The translations under genes and the position numbers were made by a program. The notes beneath the pieces are model-generated. The model was given only the letters and a program-made list of their open reading frames with translations, was not told the origin of the DNA and did no database searches. Shown one piece after another: positions 1-4,179 of a stretch of DNA of 4,179 nt; within the stretch, counting starts at the first letter, position 1; every line of letters starts with the position of its first letter. The DNA comes from a virus (lineage: Duplodnaviria > Heunggongvirae > Uroviricota > Caudoviricetes), in IMG/VR virus record IMGVR_UViG_2663763286_000025, positions 1 through 4,179 of that record. The stretch is one strand, 5' to 3'.

Positions 1-117
1 ACGTGGGTGGACTGGTATAACAATCGACGATTGCTGGAAAGGCTGGGCCATATTCCTCCGGCAGAAGCAGAAAAAGCTTATTATGCTTCCATCGGAAATA
101 ATGATCTGGCAGCCTGA
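1..117 (+). mobile_element. 3' end of a DDE transposase gene (integrase-core C-terminal tail, IS3-family-like); 5' part lies outside the window
   Basis: Frame 1 is open from base 1 and translates to TWVDWYNNRRLLERLGHIPPAEAEKAYYASIGNNDLAA, stop TGA at 115-117. The W-x-x-W-Y-N-x-R-R...L-G...P-x-E pattern is the typical C-terminal tail of DDE (retroviral-integrase-like) IS transposases. The exact IS and its terminal inverted repeat cannot be determined from the window. Confidence 0.55.
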
Positions 118-421
118 GTTCACAGATAAAATACTCTCCAGGAAACCCGGGGCGGTTCATACTGCTGTCTGCCCAAATTGCTCTCATGAAGAACCCAGTG
201 AAACAGACGACATTGTTTGGTCTTACCGTTCACGGGAAACGCCAGCCACCGACGCTTTCCTGGCTGAAGTGCGGGCGCAGGCGTTTAATGACCTTTGCTC
301 GGTGTTCGTTAAGGACGCGACGGTTGTCGGGCTGGACGATGGCGACATCGTTACGGTGAAAGAAGCGACGGACGCCCTGCTGCATTGTGCGGAACAGCTT
401 CGCAAAGGAGGCAACCAGTGA
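118..421 (+). pseudogene. Possible 3' remnant of a prophage gene whose 5' part was displaced by the IS; boundaries uncertain
   Basis: The track ORF 83..421 begins inside the transposase tail, so its N-terminus is a chimera. Its distal part stays open and ends with TGA 419-421, overlapping the GTG start (418-420) of the next gene in a GTGA arrangement typical of coupled phage genes. No credible start codon with an RBS lies downstream of the transposase stop in this frame. Confidence 0.3.
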
Positions 422-1179
422 GCAAGATTGACTTTCAGGCACTGCGTGAAAAGGCAGAGAAAGCAACTAAAGGAAGCTACATCGTAGGGCATACATCTGT
501 TAACCAGCACGGCAATTTAACAGGAGTTTTTGTTTGTCAAAAATGGAAAGGAGAGCCAGGTGGCGTGATTGCAGAATGTCACGTTAACTGTCTGGTTGAA
601 ACAGATGCTCAGGCTTATGCAAACGCAGAATTCATAGCAGAGGCTAACCCAGCTACCGTACTGGCACTGCTGGATGAACGGGAAAGAAACCAGCAATACA
701 TCAAACGCCGTGACCAGGAGAACGAGGAGATTGCGCTAACGGTAGGGAAGCTGCGTGTTGAGCTTGAGGAGACAAAATCAAAACTCAACGAGCAGCGCGA
801 GTATTACGAAGGTGTTATCTCGGATGGAAGTAAGCGTATTGCTGAACTGGAGAAAAGCGAAGAGCAACTCATCAACGAGCGTGACCATGCTGAGTCTGCT
901 TTAGCTGATATGTATTTTGCAGCAACCGGGGATAGGCCTGAGTGGAGTAACTGGTTCGGTTTTTCAGATGCTGTCAATGCCGTGGTTGACAGAATTGCTG
1001 ATTTAGAAGCTAAACAGCCATCGCCAGTAGTACCGGAAGGATTGATTAAAGCAGTGCGCTTCTATGAACAGGTTAAGCGTGAAAATCCGCCAGTCGAAAC
1101 CGGAGCATGGAAAGACGCTGTTGACTGGGTGCTCAAAGAGGCTTGTCAGGCTGTAAACATTCGCATCAAAGGAGAGTGA
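418..1179 (+). CDS. Ead/Ea22-like prophage protein (253 aa) with a central coiled-coil segment
   Basis: GTG at 418 sits 6 nt after a strong Shine-Dalgarno AAAGGAGG (404-411). The N-terminus SKIDFQALREKAEKATKG and the motif AEFIAEANPATVLALLDERE are recognisable Ea22-like signatures. The central region (ERNQQYIKRRDQENEEIALTVGKLRVELEETKSKLNEQREYY...) is heptad-like and charged. The track start at 385 is TTG without an RBS and is probably an artefact. Stop TGA 1177-1179. Confidence 0.75.
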   Translation: MSKIDFQALREKAEKATKGSYIVGHTSVNQHGNLTGVFVCQKWKGEPGGVIAECHVNCLVETDAQAYANAEFIAEANPATVLALLDERERNQQYIKRRDQENEEIALTVGKLRVELEETKSKLNEQREYYEGVISDGSKRIAELEKSEEQLINERDHAESALADMYFAATGDRPEWSNWFGFSDAVNAVVDRIADLEAKQPSPVVPEGLIKAVRFYEQVKRENPPVETGAWKDAVDWVLKEACQAVNIRIKGE

Positions 1180-1180
1180 G

Positions 1181-1369
1181 ATGAACGGACAAATATCAAT
1201 TATTCGCCCTGGCGCTTGTGACGAAGAGATAAGGCTGATTATCCGCCTTGCGATGGGTAGAACAATAACTGCTCTCATTACTCCAGAAAATCTCGCATTA
1301 GCATTAACCGGAAAGTCAGACCTGCCAGTAGAGCTAAAGCTGCGAAATGTTGAGATTAAGGTGAAATAG
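1181..1369 (+). CDS. Hypothetical small prophage protein (62 aa)
   Basis: ATG at 1181 is preceded by GGAGA (1171-1175) and lies 1 nt after the upstream stop. The ORF fills the gap between two recognisable genes on the same strand with no competing frame. No family recognised. Confidence 0.55.
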   Translation: MNGQISIIRPGACDEEIRLIIRLAMGRTITALITPENLALALTGKSDLPVELKLRNVEIKVK

Positions 1370-1371
1370 CT

Positions 1372-2040
1372 ATGACCACTATTACCAAAGAATGGCTACA
1401 GAAAACGATTACCAGCATTGAGTCAGCACGGGATGAAATACCGTTCGGACTCGATGAAGATCAAAGCAACATGCTTACCGCATTTAAAATTGCACTGGCA
1501 TCACTGGAACGCGAACAGATTCGCCACGAGCATGCCAAATGGTCTGACTCCACATTTGGCTGCGTTGGCCCCATTGGTCCACTGAAACACCTATCAAAAG
1601 AGGCTCTGGAAGCCGCAGCCGAACCTGACGATCTCAGCGAGTGGGCTGATATGCAGTTCCTGTTGTGGGATGCACAGCGCCGTGCTGGTATCAGTGATGC
1701 TGAAATTACCGCTGCTATGGAAAATAAATTGAAGATCAACATGGAACGCCAGTGGCCTGAACCAAAAGATGGTGAGCCTCGCTTGCACATTAAAGAACCC
1801 GACAACTCTCCGGGAACTCCGGATAGTTGGATAAGCTGTAGTGATCGAATGCCTGAAAAGGGCCAGAACGTGCTTATTTCGGTGAATTTCGATAGCTCTC
1901 TGGTTGAACCGCTAATATGCTCCGCACGCTATACCGGAAGCACCTTTCGGCGCGGAGATGCAACGATTAAGCCGGGTAATGGTATTGAGCAAGCAACTCA
2001 CTGGATGCCGCTACCGGAACCGCCGCAGGAGGTGAAGTGA
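1372..2040 (+). CDS. DUF550 (dATP/dGTP pyrophosphohydrolase-like, MazG-type) N-terminal domain fused to a DUF551 C-terminal domain (222 aa)
   Basis: ATG at 1372 lies 2 nt after the upstream stop. The N-terminal half (HAKWSDSTFGCVGPIGPLKHLSKEALEAAAEPDDLSEWADMQFLLWDAQRRAGISDAEI) matches the phage DUF550 pyrophosphohydrolase-like domain as I recall it. The C-terminal half (WISCSDRMPEKGQNVLISVNF...ATHWMPLPEPP) matches DUF551. Stop TGA 2038-2040. Confidence 0.7.
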   Translation: MTTITKEWLQKTITSIESARDEIPFGLDEDQSNMLTAFKIALASLEREQIRHEHAKWSDSTFGCVGPIGPLKHLSKEALEAAAEPDDLSEWADMQFLLWDAQRRAGISDAEITAAMENKLKINMERQWPEPKDGEPRLHIKEPDNSPGTPDSWISCSDRMPEKGQNVLISVNFDSSLVEPLICSARYTGSTFRRGDATIKPGNGIEQATHWMPLPEPPQEVK

Positions 2041-2612
2041 TGAACAACTTAATGATCGACCTTGAGACGATGGGGAAAAATAAGGATGCACCGATCGTTT
2101 CCATTGGCGCGGTGTTCTTCACTCCAGAAACCGGAGACATCGGACAAGAATTCTATACGGTTGTTAGCCTGGAAAGTGCTATGGGGCAAGGAGCTACACC
2201 TGACGGCGATACCATCCTGTGGTGGTTGAAACAAAGCCCTGAAGCACGAGCTGCAATCTGTATTGATGATACTTTGTCGATCAGCGATGCTCTCTCAGAA
2301 CTAAATCATTTCATTAACCGGCACGCAGACAATACGAAATATTTAAAAGTCTGGGGTAACGGAGCCACCTTCGACAACGTAATTTTACGTGGAGCTTATG
2401 AGCGAGCAGGACAAATCTGCCCGTGGGCATACTGGAATGACCACGATGTACGCACGATCGTTACGCTTGGGCGTTCCATCGGATTCGACCCCAAAATGGA
2501 CATGCCTTTCGATGGCGAACGGCACAACGCCCTGGCTGATGCCCGTCATCAGGCAAAATATGTTTCCGCTATCTGGCAGAAATTAATTCCTGCCACCAGC
2601 ACAGAATTATGA
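2040..2612 (+). CDS. DnaQ-like DEDDh 3'-5' exonuclease, phage type (190 aa)
   Basis: ATG 2040-2042 overlaps the upstream TGA by one base, with AGGAGGTG at 2027-2034. The three Exo motifs are visible: MIDLET (Exo I, D and E), GNGATFDN (Exo II, D) and ERHNALADARH (Exo III, H-x4-D). The track start at GTG 2037 is an in-frame alternative. Confidence 0.75.
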   Translation: MNNLMIDLETMGKNKDAPIVSIGAVFFTPETGDIGQEFYTVVSLESAMGQGATPDGDTILWWLKQSPEARAAICIDDTLSISDALSELNHFINRHADNTKYLKVWGNGATFDNVILRGAYERAGQICPWAYWNDHDVRTIVTLGRSIGFDPKMDMPFDGERHNALADARHQAKYVSAIWQKLIPATSTEL

Positions 2613-2648
2613 TTTTCCCGGGTGCAGCCGGTTTTGATGGAGAAAATT

Positions 2649-2930
2649 ATGAACACCTTGTTTTTACTGATGGCTGAATTCAATACCTCAAACATTGAAC
2701 TCTCAGCAGTTAGCCAAAAGTACTTTGGTATGAGTCCAGCCACAGCAGAAGCAAAAGCAAACGCTTGTAAGTTGCCCGTTCCAACATATCGCATCGGCAC
2801 ATCACAAAAAGCAAAACGTTGCATCAATATTCAGGATCTTGCGGAATACATAGACAAAAGACGAGAAGAAGGACGTATCGAGTGGGAACAGGTCAGAACA
2901 GGCAAACAGAAGGGCAAAGAACATCACTAA
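2649..2930 (+). CDS. PrtN-family / excisionase-like small DNA-binding protein (93 aa)
   Basis: The N-terminus MNTLFLLMAEF and the C-terminal DLAEYIDKRREEGR resemble the pyocin-activator PrtN family found as Xis-like proteins next to prophage integrases. ATG 2649 lies 6 nt after GGAG (2639-2642). In-frame alternatives at GTG 2622 and ATG 2637 lack an RBS. Stop TAA 2928-2930. Confidence 0.65.
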   Translation: MNTLFLLMAEFNTSNIELSAVSQKYFGMSPATAEAKANACKLPVPTYRIGTSQKAKRCINIQDLAEYIDKRREEGRIEWEQVRTGKQKGKEHH

Positions 2931-2932
2931 AG

Positions 2933-2958
2933 AAAAAACCCGCCTAAAGGCGGGTTTT
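2933..2958. terminator. Rho-independent hairpin terminator, bidirectional but stronger for the minus-strand transcript
   Basis: Perfect 6-bp GC-rich stem CCCGCC (2939-2944) and GGCGGG (2949-2954) with loop TAAA. It is flanked by an A6 tract (2933-2938) and a T4 tract (2955-2958), so the minus-strand RNA ends in six U and the plus-strand RNA in four U. It lies 2 nt after the PrtN-like stop and 19 nt after the stop of the minus-strand small ORF. Confidence 0.7.
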
Positions 2959-2977
2959 CAAAAAGCACCAGCTATGA

Positions 2978-3151
2978 TCATGCTGCTTTGCGACGACGAA
3001 GCTTACCCTGCTGCTCTTTACCAGAGACAGTAGCGTGAGTGAACGCATTAGGAGCAGCCTTCATCAGAACTTCAACAGCAGCCCCCATACCTGCGAATGC
3101 TTTCATTGTGTCGAACTTAAGCTGTGGCTTAGTTGCTTTTTGATCTTCCAT
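2978..3151 (-). CDS. Small hypothetical protein (57 aa), last gene of the minus-strand cassette; not in the supplied ORF track
   Basis: Manual translation of the reverse strand gives MEDQKATKPQLKFDTMKAFAGMGAAVEVLMKAAPNAFTHATVSGKEQQGKLRRRKAA. ATG is at 3151-3149 with GGAG 6 nt upstream on the minus strand, and TGA at 2980-2978. It sits 39 nt downstream of the 139-aa gene and just upstream of the terminator. No family recognised; the C-terminus is basic. Confidence 0.4.
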   Translation of the reverse strand: MEDQKATKPQLKFDTMKAFAGMGAAVEVLMKAAPNAFTHATVSGKEQQGKLRRRKAA

Positions 3152-3190
3152 AGAAAACTCCAGAAGCTATACCGAAACAATTCCTGTTGT

Positions 3191-3610
3191 TTACTCATCA
3201 TCAATAGATGATACGCAATATTTATTTTTAAATTTAAGGTTCTTTGGCGTAACTTCATCAGATATATCAAAACCGTCCAGAATTCTATTGAATGTAGCTT
3301 CTGGCATATCATCATGAACAGAAATCTCACCCGATCGCTGCTTTCTAACCATGTTATCCACTCGCCAAATTATAGCTTCAGCGTAAACAACATAACTTGG
3401 ATGCTTGATAAAGCGATGATCACCGGAATTCAAGACGCAAGACGGATCGTGGGGGACCCCATCCTTGATACTAGAAATATTAACAACTAAAACACAATAA
3501 CAATCGTTAACGGGGTAATAAACAGGATCATTACAAATCACATGAAGATGATTGCATGGCCCAGTTGGGGCAAGCACAGTTCCTTTCCTGTATGGCTGAT
3601 AATCCGTCAT
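3191..3610 (-). CDS. Hypothetical 139-aa Cys/His-rich protein, translationally coupled to the Panacea-domain gene; candidate toxin/effector
   Basis: Its start ATG (3610-3608) overlaps the upstream stop TGA (3609-3607) in an ATGA arrangement and has no independent Shine-Dalgarno. The protein has Cys at 19, 26, 37, 39, 58 and 132 and His at 21, 23, 54, 65, 70 and 99 (for example GPCNHLHVICNDP and NDCYCV). No hydrophobic transmembrane stretch and no family I can name. Confidence 0.6.
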   Translation of the reverse strand: MTDYQPYRKGTVLAPTGPCNHLHVICNDPVYYPVNDCYCVLVVNISSIKDGVPHDPSCVLNSGDHRFIKHPSYVVYAEAIIWRVDNMVRKQRSGEISVHDDMPEATFNRILDGFDISDEVTPKNLKFKNKYCVSSIDDE

Positions 3611-4179
3611 GATAATTGCAAAGAAAATTCCTTAAGTTTCTGAGATTCTTCCATTTTGCCAATTATGCGATTAGCCTCATCCTCGCTTTTACCCTCACTG
3701 ATCAGCATTTCTTTCAGGTCTATAGGCTTACGAGAATTGCCAGGATTGTGCCACTCTGGACAAACGCTTTCTAAATGCGTCATGTTTGCGAGATCAAATC
3801 GGTTCATATGCCCATACAGAGAATAGATTTCATCTAAAATCCGGATATCTGCACGGCTCAACTCATCAAAGACCTCGTCTGCATCCATTTCCCTCGGATC
3901 TGAACGCAACAACACATCATGCCCGTTCGTCTCTATCAAGTTGTACCAGTAGTCACCAATGCCTTCAGCCTTACCACGAATCAAGTTCAGCGTATTCGAC
4001 ATGACTGGACCAAATTTCATAGAGTAAAGGCTATCTTCGCCGATCATCCTGCCATGCTTCAAAATCGACTTGCGGTTAGACAGATAGAGCAGCTTCATCA
4101 ATTTCAGATATGCCATGCGCCCACCTCGCTTAAGAAGTAGGTATGCAGCCATTTGAGCTACTTTTTCTTCGCAAAACAT
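3607..4179 (-). CDS. Panacea-domain (DUF4065, SocA/PanA-like) protein, putative antitoxin (190 aa); start codon at the window edge
   Basis: The N-terminal region AAYLLLKRGG...YLKLMKLLYLSNRKS...MKFGPVMSNTLNLIRG matches the Panacea pattern (A-x-Y-f-l ... KLxKLLY ... GPV). The ATG is the last three bases of the window (4179-4177), so the promoter, and any 5' extension, cannot be seen. Stop TGA 3609-3607. Confidence 0.7.
   Translation of the reverse strand: MFCEEKVAQMAAYLLLKRGGRMAYLKLMKLLYLSNRKSILKHGRMIGEDSLYSMKFGPVMSNTLNLIRGKAEGIGDYWYNLIETNGHDVLLRSDPREMDADEVFDELSRADIRILDEIYSLYGHMNRFDLANMTHLESVCPEWHNPGNSRKPIDLKEMLISEGKSEDEANRIIGKMEESQKLKEFSLQLS

Noticed and set aside
83-421. Track ORF of 112 aa taken as an intact gene
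   Set aside because: Its first 35 nt lie inside the transposase coding tail and its ATG has no RBS. It is a chimera of IS sequence and a downstream open frame, and only the distal part is considered (as a possible remnant).
223-510. Minus-strand ORFs 223..510 (95 aa) and 230..466 (78 aa)
   Set aside because: Antisense to the remnant frame and to the well-supported ea22-like start. No RBS, Ser/Arg/Cys-rich low-complexity translation, and they overlap each other in different frames.
1003-1278. Minus-strand ORF of 91 aa
   Set aside because: Lies antisense across the ea22-like 3' end and the 62-aa gene. No RBS; typical shadow ORF.
1461-1805. Minus-strand ORFs 1461..1805 (114 aa) and 1594..1788 (64 aa)
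   Set aside because: Both are entirely antisense within the DUF550/DUF551 gene, whose translation shows recognisable conserved motifs. They are shadow frames.
2049-2234. Minus-strand ORF of 61 aa
   Set aside because: Antisense inside the DEDDh exonuclease gene; no RBS.
2389-2586. Plus-strand ORF of 65 aa in an alternative frame
   Set aside because: Lies inside the exonuclease gene in another frame and would disrupt the Exo II and Exo III motifs if real. No RBS.
2549-2827. Minus-strand ORF of 92 aa
   Set aside because: Antisense across the exonuclease 3' end and the PrtN-like gene; no RBS and no recognisable motif.
3152-3190. Possible internal promoter for the 57-aa ORF in the 39-nt intergenic gap
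   Set aside because: Only a weak -10-like hexamer (TATAGC on the minus strand) with no convincing -35 at proper spacing. Co-transcription with the upstream genes is the simpler explanation.
3103-3330. Minus-strand ORF of 75 aa
   Set aside because: A different frame overlapping both the 3' end of the 139-aa gene and the 5' end of the 57-aa ORF. The translation is low-complexity and AT-driven, and the 57-aa ORF with an RBS explains the region better.
3786-4140. Plus-strand ORFs 3786..4004 (72 aa) and 3919..4140 (73 aa)
   Set aside because: Antisense within the Panacea-domain gene; His/Ser-rich shadow translations with no RBS.
1-4179. CRISPR arrays, tRNA/rRNA genes, attachment-site repeats
   Set aside because: I found no regularly spaced direct repeats, no cloverleaf-compatible tRNA-like segment and no obvious long direct or inverted repeats beyond the terminator hairpin on reading the sequence. 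A computational repeat search would be needed to exclude short att-core repeats.

Overview
The window reads as a piece of a lambdoid-type (enterobacterial) prophage. The left edge (1-117, + strand) is the last 38 codons of a DDE transposase, so an IS element abuts or interrupts the prophage. A tightly packed + strand operon follows (about 418-2930): an Ead/Ea22-like protein, a 62-aa orphan, a DUF550/DUF551 nucleotide pyrophosphohydrolase-like protein, a DEDDh 3'-5' exonuclease and a PrtN-family excisionase-like protein. Instead of the expected integrase, a hairpin terminator (2933-2958) is followed by a convergent, visibly more AT-rich minus-strand cassette (4179 down to 2978). This cassette encodes a Panacea-domain (DUF4065, SocA/PanA-like) protein translationally coupled to a 139-aa Cys/His-rich protein of no family I recognise, plus a 57-aa ORF absent from the supplied track. 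I regard this cassette as the best candidate for an undescribed toxin-antitoxin or anti-phage module. All family assignments are from motif recognition by eye; no database search was run.
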